A DNA stretch of 63,791 nt, the filler included, from Octopus bimaculoides (taxonomy: Eukaryota), in NCBI RefSeq assembly GCF_001194135.2. It is 4 parts of 4 records of this genome, joined end to end, with 100 filler letters (N's around TTAATTAATTAA, not from the genome) between each part and the next. Parts side by side here need not be neighbours in the genome. Positions count along the whole stretch, not along the records: positions 1 to 24,922 come from NC_068993.1; positions 25,023 to 54,449 come from NC_069001.1; 2 more parts are not named here. One strand, given 5' to 3'. This document shows, one piece after another, positions 14,561 through 26,153 of the stretch. Each line of letters begins with the position of its first letter. Within the stretch, counting starts at the first letter, position 1. Made by a program: the position numbers and the translations under genes. Under the pieces are notes generated by a model that saw nothing but the letters and a program-made list of their open reading frames with translations, ran no database searches and was not told the DNA's origin.

Positions 14561-14755
14561 CCTATGGACTATTACGCTTGGATCGCTGTTGAAAGGGAGA
14601 CTAATCGACTCTCTCATAATACCATAGCTTCATTGAAACCCGTTATTATTCTGGTGATGTCTGAAATGAGTTAAGAACATTTAATGAAGGTATGTCAAAG
14701 CTTCCGGTCTCGTATTGCAGCAGTCATCGAAGTTGAACGCGGATTCCTAGAATAA
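14561..14755 (+). pseudogene. Tc1/mariner-superfamily (maT/DD37D-like) transposase C-terminal relic
   Basis: Translation PMDYYAWIAVERETNRLSHNTIASLKPVII...*EHLMKVCQSFRSRIAAVIEVERGFLE* fits the (SPDLN)P.DY..W...E...C..FR.R..AVI...G..E pattern; one in-frame stop. Confidence 0.75.
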
Positions 14756-15474
14756 TCTTCTTAGAAAGCTTATGGCAAAGGTGTGTCTAATGTCTTTTTA
14801 AATATGTTCAGCGATTGCTAGATTAAAGTTGCTTTGTTTAATTAGCGAGTATGTCCTCAAACACTTTTCTAGTTCTGTCTGTATGTATAATAAGCATAAT
14901 TGTTCTCATGAAAGAAGCGCTATAAATTTCAATACCGAAATCTTACACATAAATATAAGAATTATATCACTGTCACAGCGATCCTGAAATTGAACCTGAC
15001 TGACTCAGGGTTTAGTTTATTGAGTAAATACTAGTTTAAAATAAGTCAAACAAATAAATGATAGCAATACTAATGGTGTTATAATAACGTACTAGACGGG
15101 ATGGTGATATGAGTACAATTTCAATGGCTGCTGCGTAAATAATATAGCATAACAAAATATCAATATAATACTATATCAATAATCTTCTAAACAAAATGAT
15201 GATATATGCTTCAGGTGGGATGATAACATACGTGTAACAGTATGTGATGAAAATATCGTGTGAACTGGTAAGGATGAAAAACGAAATCGCGTGGAATAAA
15301 AAAAGATAGTGCGAAATGATATTTTGTAATGGCGAATCATTAAATGAATAACAGAATACAAGATACAATACTATGATGATATAAACAAATGAAATCAAAA
15401 ACAGAATTTGAGAATAAACTAAACATGAAATAAAAAGTAAAAATATATATACAATATATATTAAGGCGAATGTA

Positions 15475-16166
15475 CGAGGGTGGGCTGAAAAGTCCATAGA
15501 CTGACTGTGAAGGAGTGATGCTAGAGCTGTGAAATTTAATTTCTACACTCATTAATAACTGCACTGTTTCCTTCTGGATAAACTGATATCTGACAGTTCA
15601 AAGAACACTTTAAAAGTAACTACAGAAGTACCCACAGAAGAAGCGTTTAACCCCCAAACGGCATGCATGCTGATACGGTTGATGCATTAGGGGATGGTAT
15701 TCCAGTTTCTTCAGGGGTTTAAAGTGGGCAACTGAATTTAAGAGAGGAAAGTAGAATCTTGAAGATGACCCAAGTTCTGGTGTCCTGCAACTGTCACCAG
15801 AGAGGAAAACATTGATGGTGTTCTCCACCAGCAGATAACAGGGGATTGACTATAAATCAAATAACCAATGCTGTTAGCAATTCCCGTGAGAGTTGAGAAT
15901 GCTTTTCACAATGAACTTGGTATGACGAATAGTTCAACTCGCTGGGTGTCACGTCTTCTGATACTTCTGAGGATGACGTCATAGCTGCTGTTGACACTTT
16001 CTGACCAACAGAGTGAAAGCTCATTCATTATTGGGATCCAAGCATTGTCACACCGATGGAAGAAGTGTATGGACCGTCAGGGCGACTATGTTGAAAAATA
16101 CATCTCGTCTACTCACAGTCAGTGAGAGTATCTTTGTCAGCCTATGAAATTTGAGCCTACCACCTG
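15475..16166 (+). mobile_element. Internally deleted mariner transposon
   Basis: 5' TA+CGAGGGTGGGCTGAAAAGTCCATAGACTGAC and degenerate inverted 3' end GTCAGCCTATGAAATTTTGAGCCTACCACC. Transposase relics: KRG..NLEDDP.SG, WVSRLL, then a jump to HRWKKCMDRQGDYVEK. Confidence 0.88.
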
Positions 16167-16492
16167 AACTAGAGGGTAGGATTCAGCTGTTTGGAGGCTG
16201 ATAATACTTGGGTAGTAGCTGTAATTATTTCCTATTTGTTTAGCATAAGAAAATATGAATGCTGGCTAATATTGCCTTCAAAATTGGTTTTTGTTACATT
16301 TCTTCAAACTACAAAGAATCGCTCTCAACATATGGCTGTGATGCTCCTCCGTTACACCTGCTTATAATCAGTGATGCACATATTGTTAGACTCTAAGAAA
16401 CATGCTTAAGTAGTTAAGGTCAAGTAAATGACAAGCAGAATATTTGCTATGACACGCACGCGCCTGAAAAGATAAACACACCTATACTCAAT

Positions 16493-16541
<49 letters not shown>

Positions 16542-17696
16542 GAGAAAGAAACATTACAAGTTATTAATTGAACACAATTGCCATAAACGCATTTCTTTTC
16601 ATGCACAAAGAGAAAAATGCTCACATATAAAGAGAGTTGCAGAGAATTAGAGCAACATTAACAGGTCAAAGAAGCATCAAAACGATGTTAAATTAGCCTG
16701 CGTCGAGTAAGAGAAGCCAAATAGATGCTAAATTTAAACATGTTATAGAAAGAAAAATACGAGACAGCATTGTGTTGTTGTCCTGTTTATATCTATCATA
16801 TGCAGGTTTTATCATCATACCTCTCGAATCTGGCAGAGGTTTACAGTTCATATACGATATGTATTGTTTATGTCAATATGCCGTCCATTTTGGTTTTTAT
16901 GAATTTTTAGAAAGGAGAGATTGGCGTAAAGTTCCGTGTTTCTTTCTCTGTATTTCGTTCTGTTTCATTGCCTGTGGAGAATACTGTCTTCACCGATGTT
17001 TCCCCCGAGATGTGTTGTGAATATATATTTATAGGTGAAATAATCGTATTAAAATTTCATGACCACAAGGAGTATAAATTTGCTAAAGATTGTCCTTTAC
17101 GATAGATTATAGGGTGTATAGTTATGTATGGCACTGTAAATGTAAAACAAATAATATCGAATTATAATTTTGGAGGAAGAGAAATGTATGCTCAGCAACT
17201 GCAATCATAATTTTGGAGAAGATTGTGATAAACTGGATAGATAAAAGAAGCAAACGCTGAAGTGTAATAAAGGATTATAAGTTATCAGAAAACACTATAT
17301 TTTATAACAACGCATTAAGTATCAAAGGGCACGCTTATAATGGAATAAAAAGAAATAAAACAAAAACGAAGGAGTATAACAGGGAGATAAATAAAGAATT
17401 GTGTAGAGGATAATACAACGAAGCGGAACACAATGAGATAAATCAAGTTAAATAAGATGAAAACGCTAACGGTTTTAGTAATTCATATAATAACGGTTTC
17501 TGTTTTGTTGTAAGTTTATAAGATGGCTTTCATTTAGATGTGAGGAACAATGAAAATAATTAATTATATCAGAGGAGTTAAAGTAGATCGGCAGAAAGAA
17601 CAATATAGGTTCTCTAACAGAATTGAATGTTTGAGATGATAATGCGCAGAAGTAGTGTGAGTGTTAGTAAGATAATTAAATTGTAACAATATATAG

Positions 17697-17990
17697 TGTG
17701 GCCTCGTAGTTGAAGTGATCGGCTCCAGATCTAGAAGCTGTGGGTTCCGTTCCTAGGTGAGACAATATGGTGTGTCCAGGAGCAAGGCTATCCCTTTCAT
17801 GGTACTTTGGTCAAATCCACTGAATATGTGTATCAGCTATCACATTCTGGATATTCTGCTGGACCAAAGGAGAACCGCCCAAAAGAGATGTTATGTCTGT
17901 GGGTAACGTGGTCCCGAGTCGGCTCTACCTAAAGAACAGACAAGATGGTCACAGCTGTGATGATCTTTGATCATAGTTCTGACGTCGTGC
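17697..17990 (+). mobile_element. Old tRNA-headed SINE-like repeat
   Basis: A-box-like GTGGCCTCGTAGTTG, B-box-like GGGTTCCGTTCC, then GTGTCC.GGAGCAAG, and a tail ending in CAA repeats; a similar tail is seen inverted near 18890-18960. Confidence 0.5.
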
Positions 17991-19167
17991 TAAACAGCAA
18001 CAACAATCAGTAATAATCATCATAATATATTCATATTCTCTGCAGCATTGACTCCTGACTACTCAAAATCAAAACAGAAAACTTTATCATAGTATTTACC
18101 TAAGAAATCTTGGTTTATTTTATTAAAACATAAAATGGTTTCCCTGGAAAACTTACTGATTGTTTTCTGGCACCACGGGCATTGCATCGTATATCAATAC
18201 AATAGATAATGCTAAATAAAGATTAATGAATGGCGTTCACAAAACTTTCTTGATTTAATCTTCTCTTCTTAGATGGAGAAAGATAACAAAAATAAGATAA
18301 GATGGTGGTATTTGTAAGCGATTCAAGAAAAAGTGTAGATAATTTGAAGAAATGAAAAAAGAATATTTCTCAGTATTTGTTTAATTGTTTACGGAAAAAA
18401 AGAATGTGGCTGTTTACAAACAACCTGGCCACGGTCGTCGTTTTTGTGATGTCTGCAAACAGGCTTTAGTATAATTGGACTTCGTAAATATCGCATAGCC
18501 TACTTAAGTCTATCGGATCATTTGTCAGACGTTTATGTATAGAAAAAGCAGCAAAATACTATAAAAAATTGGTTGGTCAAGCGTTTGATAATACATCAAC
18601 TTGATGAGAGTAAATTAGTGCTAATAACCAATAATTTATTCTAAGAAGCAAAACCAACATCGTGGATCCTAGATAGTTGATCGCTCTGCTACAGATAACA
18701 GCTATATATTCTTCACTTGAAATCCTATCTGTTGAATTGAAAGGATATCAGATGTTCATGACCCCGCAAAAGAGTTGGGTGGTTACGTTTGGAAGGCCTT
18801 GATTATTTCTACTGCTTTATGGCTAACCAAGGCTAAACAATAAAACCAGCATTAAAAGAAAATGATTAATGCTTATAGCAATTCAGATTGGTTTTGTTGT
18901 TGTGTTCGTTTAGCCCCAGTTCGGTCGTAATTAAGACCTATGATCAAGGGCGTTCCAGATCTCTTGCGTACATAATATATTTATGATTAAATTAACCAGT
19001 CTGCTAATCACGACACGCAAACCAACATCACTTGTAAACATAACAGGCGCGCTACCCCTTATATCAAAACAACACTTTGAATTGTCAGGGAAGCTTTCAA
19101 CTTTTCCCATCCAACACGCTACTGTATATGCTTTCCCTTACTTCGAGTTGAGTACATTTGGCGGCTA

Positions 19168-19550
19168 GTGGAGGCGCAATGGCCCAGTGGTTAGGGCAGC
19201 GGACTCGCGGTCATAGGATCGCGGTTTCGATTCCCAGACCGGGCGTTGTGAGTGCTTATTGAGCGAAAACACCTAAAGTTCCACGAGGCTCTGGCAGGGG
19301 ATGGTGGTGAACCCCGCTGTACTCTTTCACCACAACTTTCTCTCACTCTTACTTCCTGTTTCTGTTGTGCCTGTATTTCAAAGGGTCAGCCTTGTCACAC
19401 TGTGTCACGCTGAATCTCCCCAAGAACTACGTTAAGGGTGAACGTGTCTGTGGAGTGCTCAGCCACTTGCACGTTAATTTCACGAGCAGACTGTTTCGTT
19501 GATCGGATCAACTGGAACCCTCGACGTCGTAAGCGACGGAGTGCCAACAG
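19168..19550 (+). mobile_element. Full-length tRNA-derived SINE with 13-bp target-site duplication
   Basis: A box TGGCCCAGTGG, B box GGTTTCGATTCC. Perfect direct repeat CATTTGGCGGCTA at 19155-19167 and 19551-19563. 3' module is shared with 25605-25830 and 56330-56530. Confidence 0.93.
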
Positions 19551-20504
19551 CATTTGGCGGCTATCTCTTGCATTAGCTCGTACTCTGTCAGGTTTCATTT
19601 GTTGTTTAGCTCTAAACCCGCTCTGCTGTAGCAGACACAAGATCAAACACGTCACGAAAGTAATTATTCGTTTTTATGTATAGTATTTCTAGGATGATCT
19701 TATCAAATATGTCCTCTTCTGTGAAATAGTTGAGTGTCGTTTCAGGAGAATTTAGCTGCTATTTCTTGCTAACCAGCTAATCACATACTCGCTATGACGT
19801 TAGCTTCCTTCTATCGCATTCAGCTATCGTACATGTTGTTCCACCGCAACAATAAGACACACAAAGTAATCAGCTTTACAAAGTAATTCAACTCCTAAAA
19901 TGTCAATTCAAATTGTCTTCATGACTTTTGTTGTCGTTCATTAGAATATTTAAATCCTAATCCATATCGCTTCATCTGAATCTTTGCAATAGATAACCGA
20001 GTATTGAATAAATAAAACGCATTCTGAGAATTTTATGTAATTCTGACTCTTCCATTCCCTGAAGACAGACAATTGCCATTCTTATTTAGATTTTGTTTGT
20101 TGATGAGGCAATCAGGGAGCTTCTGATCGCTCGCTCGAAACGCTAGACATAACAACCAGAACTACTTCAAAACACATCCTAGTAAATTTAAAACGAAGAA
20201 AGAAACGTTAGTGCATTCTTAGTTATACCAGGGCCTTAAGAAATCACAAGTCGATCAAGAAATAATACTGCTAATCATAGGTTTCTTCAATTAGAACTTT
20301 GATTTATCAAACTTTGGTAACATTTAAGTAGCTTCATTTCCTTTTTAAACACATAACACAGTATTTCTCTTATACAGAATATGTCTGCCGCTGGCTGTGG
20401 TTGTTCTTGTCTTCGCGTCGTTTTCGTTGATACTGATGACAAATGGCATGTAAGCAAACTCTGTTTCTCGATATATTACAATCTTTTAAATTCCGTCTCC
20501 ACAG

Positions 20505-20570
20505 GTTAATGACGCACGGATTATCATTGGAGGGTTCAGAGAAAATGCTGCCAGGAAGGTTATCTGTGAG
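20505..20570 (+). CDS. Internal coding exon of a GABA-B receptor-like class C GPCR (Venus flytrap/ANF-receptor domain)
   Basis: Acceptor TTCCGTCTCCACAG ends at 20504 and donor GTGAGT starts at 20571. The 66-nt phase 0/0 exon translates to VNDARIIIGGFRENAARKVICE, 14/22 identical to the recalled human GABBR1 segment [22 protein letters not shown]; ND also matches GABBR2 GNDVRII. Subtype cannot be assigned from 22 aa. Confidence 0.88.
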
Positions 20571-21084
20571 GTGAGTAAAAATGTCATTTAAACTCTTGAT
20601 AAAATCAGATTCGTGCGCATGAAGAAGTCTTTACTCGTATATATTGTACATCATCGGTTAAAACAACAGCACATAGAATAGCGTTTTAGCAGTCTACCCA
20701 GGTAAACTGTAACATACTAAAAAATACTAAACATCTTTATATTCTAAGCTAAATATTGAGTTCTGCACTAGATAAAGTGTGTATACCCTGTACAAATTAG
20801 ATGTACTTTTATAATTATCCTGTTGTATGGGGTTTAAGTAATATATAAGGTTACAATATCAAAATATATATATATCTTTAAATGTATCAAATATTTAACG
20901 AAATAATTAGCAAAATAATGAACACAATATATTATTAAGCAATAATAATAATGTCGGTTATTCATTATGTATCTATTTTAAGTCAGTTTTTCATGTTCAC
21001 TAAATTAAACTTGTTTTAGGGCATTTATTGGGCCTCATTGCTTATGCATATGAAAATGTATATATATATATATATATATATATA

Positions 21085-21910
21085 ATAAAAAATGGGACAA
21101 GAACGCAAAACATCCAGACAGTTAGGTGAACCAAACAACGGACAACAAAACATCCAATCAGACGATGCAAAGAAAACAAGGACGGGTCATTCAGAGTTTT
21201 CTTTCCTCAGTCGATTTTCAGATTATCTTTGCAATTTCGGCTAGTTATATTCGAGAGTGCTCCAATCTGGCCAACCCCAGAGAAAAACTAACCTAAGAGC
21301 ATTTGATTCCTTGGAAGAAAGCAGCGAATGTATACGAAAACAAGGATGGAAAAAAAAACGGAGAATGTTACACAAATACAAAAAAACATGACATAACAAC
21401 AGGTATCTTTCGACTAAGGACGAATTAAATTTAGCTGATGTGTGTGGAAGTAAAGCCTTACGGCTGGGATACAAGATTTCACAGGCACAGGGAAGAATGT
21501 AGATGTTGCACGGACAGCAGTCGAACCAAGAAAGAAAGGTCAGGCATGACCAAACACCGGTCACGTGGAGAGAGAAGAGAGAGTGGTAGAGGTAGAGGGA
21601 CAGAAGAAATAAGGAGGGGCGAGAAAAAAATGACATGGACACAGTGAATTGAAAAGAAGAGGGAAAGTGAGCAAGAAGAGAAGGCAAGGAAATATGAGAG
21701 AGGGAGAACGAAAGAACGAAGAGTGGAATGAACGAAGTAAGCGTGAAAAGGCTGATAGAAAGAAGGAAAGAATAAAAGAATAGAAACAATAGAGTCGTAC
21801 AAGATAGAAATAAATATATACTTACATATAAGAGACGAAAGTGTACGTACGCCGCTACATGTTTTATATATAAAAAATACAAACTGGGACAAGAACGCAA
21901 AACATCCATA
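21085..21910 (-). repeat. Interspersed repeat unit bounded by 24-bp direct repeats, embedded in (TA)n; possibly PLE-related
   Basis: TGGGACAAGAACGCAAAACATCCA at 21093-21116 and 21885-21908, with TA microsatellites on both sides. Minus-strand terminal part has a TTGTT/CGTC-rich composition similar to 5715-5817. Confidence 0.55.
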
Positions 21911-22400
21911 TATATATGTACATACATATATATATATACATATATGTATGCATTTATATATATATACATTTAATACATATACATGAATTTATATATATAT
22001 ATATATATATATATATNNNNNNNNNNNNNNNNNNNNNNNNNNNNNNNNNNNNNNNNNNNNNNNNNNNNNNNNNNNNNNNNNNNNNNNNNNNNNNNNNNNN
22101 NNNNNNNNNNNNNNNNNNNNNNNNNNNNNNNNNNNNNNNNNNNNNNNNNNNNNNNNNNNNNNNNNNNNNNNNNNNNNNNNNNNNNNNNNNNNNNNNNNNN
22201 NNNNNNNNNNNNNNNNNNNNNNNNNNNNNNNNNNNNNNNNNNNNNNNNNNNNNNNNNNNNNNNNNNNNNNNNNNNNNNNNNNNNNNNNNNNNNNNNNNNN
22301 NNNNNNNNNNNNNNNNNNNNNNNNNNNNNNNNNNNNNNNNNNNNNNNNNNNNNNNNNNNNNNNNNNNNNNNNNNNNNNNNNNNNNNNNNNNNNNNNNNNN

Positions 22401-22438
<38 letters not shown>

Positions 22439-22809
22439 TGAATAAAATCAGGGTTTTTCTATTCAAAGATTATTAAACGAAATAAAAATCACTCCATTTT
22501 CTTCGGATAGGTTGGAGTTGGAAGTTTTGTTTTACTGATTTAGCAACAGATGTCTTCTCAATGAACTATGGGTTATATTAGAAAATGAATTTACTAAACA
22601 CACGGAAAAGAAAAAATATCAAATACTGTTAGAAAGAATTCATATATAGAAACACAATTTTCTCTTAGATATTGGTTTCTATAATAGAAGTGCGAAATAT
22701 TGCTATCTATGATTATAGTGGAAAATATTGGGTGTCTATAATTGTAGTGCGAAATATTATCAGCAATATTAATATATAGTAAAATTGGTACCTGAAATTA
22801 TACCGTGCT

Positions 22810-23003
22810 TGCTCTATGGAAGAATTTTGAATCAGGCAGACAAATTCATTTTGGTATTGAGAGGTACATTGTTTTTATCGACCCCTGTAGGGATGAAAGG
22901 CAAATTGACTTCAGTAGAGTATGAACTCAGAACGTAAGTGCCAGAAGAAATGCTGCTAGGCATTCTGTCAGATGTGCTAACTATTCTGCCACTTCGCCAC
23001 CTT
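22810..23003 (-). mobile_element. tRNA-derived SINE (AAGGCGGCGAGCTGGCAGAA-headed family), diverged
   Basis: TTTATCGACCCC...GATGAAAGGCAAA...GAACTCAGAACGTAA...TTCTGCCA.TTCGCCACCTT matches 25170-25317 and 36880-36948. Confidence 0.8.
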
Positions 23004-23202
23004 AGAATATTCTAAATTGTTTAATACTATAAAAGATTAGGTGTGTGGTGTGTACATGAGATATGACCTACTATGTTTATTAAAGTATCAGACTTTGACT
23101 TGAGAGCGACAAGACTTAGTCTAATGTGTTTAGTATTACTACAGGGAATAGGGAGAACATAATAAATGACCTAACGTATATCTGACATTAAGTTGAGTAA
23201 TT

Positions 23203-23304
23203 ACCCAGCGCCCGTAATCGAAAGCAGGATACTGTAGTCGCTCGTCTTTGTCTGTGTGTTTACAAAATTACTGGAAAACGGCTGAACGGATTTTCACCAA
23301 ATTT
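23203..23304 (+). mobile_element. Possible 5' end of a non-autonomous Helentron/DINE-like element, running into a gap
   Basis: TTACCCAGCGCC start, short TGTCTGTGTGT microsatellite, then AAAACGGCTGAACGGATTTTCACCAAATTT, a layout typical of such elements. Motif recall only. Confidence 0.35.
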
Positions 23305-24579
23305 NNNNNNNNNNNNNNNNNNNNNNNNNNNNNNNNNNNNNNNNNNNNNNNNNNNNNNNNNNNNNNNNNNNNNNNNNNNNNNNNNNNNNNNNNNNNNNNN
23401 NNNNNNNNNNNNNNNNNNNNNNNNNNNNNNNNNNNNNNNNNNNNNNNNNNNNNNNNNNNNNNNNNNNNNNNNNNNNNNNNNNNNNNNNNNNNNNNNNNNN
23501 NNNNNNNNNNNNNNNNNNNNNNNNNNNNNNNNNNNNNNNNNNNNNNNNNNNNNNNNNNNNNNNNNNNNNNNNNNNNNNNNNNNNNNNNNNNNNNNNNNNN
23601 NNNNNNNNNNNNNNNNNNNNNNNNNNNNNNNNNNNNNNNNNNNNNNNNNNNNNNNNNNNNNNNNNNNNNNNNNNNNNNNNNNNNNNNNNNNNNNNNNNNN
23701 NNNNNNNNNNNNNNNNNNNNNNNNNNNNNNNNNNNNNNNNNNNNNNNNNNNNNNNNNNNNNNNNNNNNNNNNNNNNNNNNNNNNNNNNNNNNNNNNNNNN
23801 NNNNNNNNNNNNNNNNNNNNNNNNNNNNNNNNNNNNNNNNNNNNNNNNNNNNNNNNNNNNNNNNNNNNNNNNNNNNNNNNNNNNNNNNNNNNNNNNNNNN
23901 NNNNNNNNNNNNNNNNNNNNNNNNNNNNNNNNNNNNNNNNNNNNNNNNNNNNNNNNNNNNNNNNNNNNNNNNNNNNNNNNNNNNNNNCTCTCTCTCTCTC
24001 TCTCTCTCTCTCCCTATATATATATATGTAAGAATTATATATAACAGGGGTGCTTTGTTAAAAAGCACCAGATTTGATGAAAATTAGGAATCAAATCACT
24101 CCGAAGCCACAAAAATTGGCATTATATTTTCAAAGGCAACGTTGTTAAACAAAGAACTAAAAGAAATAAAGCCGCACTGAGTAAAACGAAATAAGCGAAC
24201 ACATTTAAAAAAAAAAATATATATATATACAAAATATTAATACTCATAATTCTTTTATATATACGTATTTTTTAAGTTTGCCTATACGGTTTTAGCTTGC
24301 GGCCACTAACAGTAATATCTCTTGTGTATTAATTTTCTATATATATTTTTAAAAAATTATATACATATATGCATATATATGTGGTGGGGTGCGTGTTTGT
24401 GCGTGCGTATAAAATAATAAATGTGGCCAGATGCAATATAAAACTAAAAAGGACTGAGTGTGCATTATATATAGATATAAATGTGTGTGTGTCTGTCTGT
24501 GTACATACATACATATATATGTGTGTGTGTGTACATACATACATATATATATGTGTGTGTATATGTGTGTATGTGTGTA

Positions 24580-24610
<31 letters not shown>

Positions 24611-24829
24611 AAGTATATATGTATGTAATATTATAGACTAATGGCTATATGACAATTAGTGTGTTGTTGTGGTTAGTAAAGCACTGGGACGGTTTGGGCT
24701 ACCTGATGTTCTCAAGATTTCCAGATGGATGCAACACACCGTGATGCATAGGATCCTACCCGTGAGGGACAGTAGCAGAATGGGTCGAAACGATTGCAAA
24801 TCCATCTTCTCTTTACCTAATCAAATATT

Positions 24830-24833
24830 ATTA

Positions 24834-24885
<52 letters not shown>

Positions 24886-25022
24886 TATTATTATTAGGAT
24901 TATTATTATTATGATTATTATTNNNNNNNNNNNNNNNNNNNNNNNNNNNNNNNNNNNNNNNNNNNNTTAATTAATTAANNNNNNNNNNNNNNNNNNNNNN
25001 NNNNNNNNNNNNNNNNNNNNNN

Positions 25023-25098
<76 letters not shown>
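24830..25098. repeat. (ATT)n and (AAT)n microsatellites flanking a 100-bp placeholder gap
   Basis: Read directly. Confidence 0.95.
24967..24978. other. Assembly linker TTAATTAATTAA in the centre of a 100-nt gap (artefact); also at 54494-54505 and 61343-61354
   Basis: Each site is 44 N + TTAATTAATTAA + 44 N. The palindrome has stop codons in all six frames. Confidence 0.95.
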
Positions 25099-25099
<1 letters not shown>

Positions 25100-25317
25100 C
25101 CCTCTACTATAAACGAGTGACCAGAAATTTTGTGGGAGGAGACTAGTCGATTATATCGACCTCAGTACTCAGCTGATACTTATTTTATCGACCCCGAAAG
25201 GATGAAAGGCAAAGTTGACCCTCGGAGGAATTTGATGTCAGAACATGTAGACAGACGAAATGCCGCTAAAGCATTTTTCCCGGCGTGCTAACGTTTCTAT
25301 CAGCACTCACTGCCTTA
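25095..25317 (-). mobile_element. tRNA-derived SINE
   Basis: GATACTTATTTTATCGACCCCGAAAGGATGAAAGGCAAAGTTGACCTCGG...GCGTGCTAACGTTTCT; flanked by (AAT)n on both sides. Confidence 0.88.
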
Positions 25318-25326
25318 GTAGTAGTA

Positions 25327-25390
<64 letters not shown>

Positions 25391-25394
25391 TGAT

Positions 25395-25600
25395 AATAAA
25401 TGCCAGGATGCAGTAGCAGACAGTGGCTCTCATGGCTTCTGATCTTAATTGATTGGAAGTGTTATCATGTACATTGTTTTGTCTTGGTATAAAAGAGGGG
25501 CTACAGCAAATATTCTGCTCAATACCACAGATTTGCTTGTCAGTTGTTTGACCTTAACCAGTTGAGCATGTCCCTTAGTGGCTGAGGATGTGGGCATCGG
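25395..25600 (+). repeat. Interspersed repeat fragment (recalled as an abundant octopus SINE/LINE-tail sequence)
   Basis: Non-microsatellite block GGCTCTCATGGCTTCTGATCTTAA...CCCTTAGTGGCTGA lying between two SINEs. Family recalled, not computed. Confidence 0.45.
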
Positions 25601-25604
25601 TGCG

Positions 25605-25830
25605 TTTTTTCTCCTGAGCAAGACACTTTATTTCACGTTACTTCTGTCTTCTCAGCTGGCAAAACTGAGTTGTACCTGTAATTCAATGGGCCATTCTTAT
25701 ATTCTGTGTCACGCAGAATCTCCTTGAGAAATACGTTAAGAGTATGAGTGTTTGTGGAGTGTTCAGCCACTTGTACATTAATTTCACGAGCAAGCTGTTC
25801 CGCTGATCGGATCAACTGGCTGCTCTTTCT
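25605..25830 (+). mobile_element. 5'-truncated SINE sharing the 3' module of 19168-19550
   Basis: TGTGTCACGC.GAATCTCC...TACGTTAAG...GTGGAGTG.TCAGCCACTTG.AC.TTAATTTCACGAGCA...GATCGGATCAACTGG aligns with 19400-19516. Confidence 0.88.
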
Positions 25831-26153
25831 AGTCTTGAAGACGCACAGGATCTTCACGACGGTTGTGCTTAATACATATTATTGTAGTAGGATTTAGAGT
25901 TACTAGGCATCCAAGACTAGCATAATACATCATCGATCGAACTGTGTTGACTAATATTTTTTTCCATTTTAGTGCTGTGGTCAACTGTACTCGCTCCCAG
26001 CGGTCAGTGTGTATTTATGTGTTCATGCGTGTGCTTTGAAAGTTGGGTATGTTGCCGAATATTTTCGGATTCCCATTGTGAGGTATATATCATTATATAT
26101 AAGTTGTTGTTGAGAAGGAGATGGGGGGGAAAATAGATTATACTTTAAACATA

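Noticed and set aside
16772-17020. ORF containing GRGLQFIYD, loosely like GABBR2 KGLKAFYD
   Set aside because: The surrounding residues do not match the conserved GABA-B block (FGG.C..VT, WNLVQ).
20095-20155. TTGATGAG...GCTCGAAACGCTA hammerhead-like motif
   Set aside because: C3 is missing and stem I does not pair; the 3' part belongs to a dispersed repeat.
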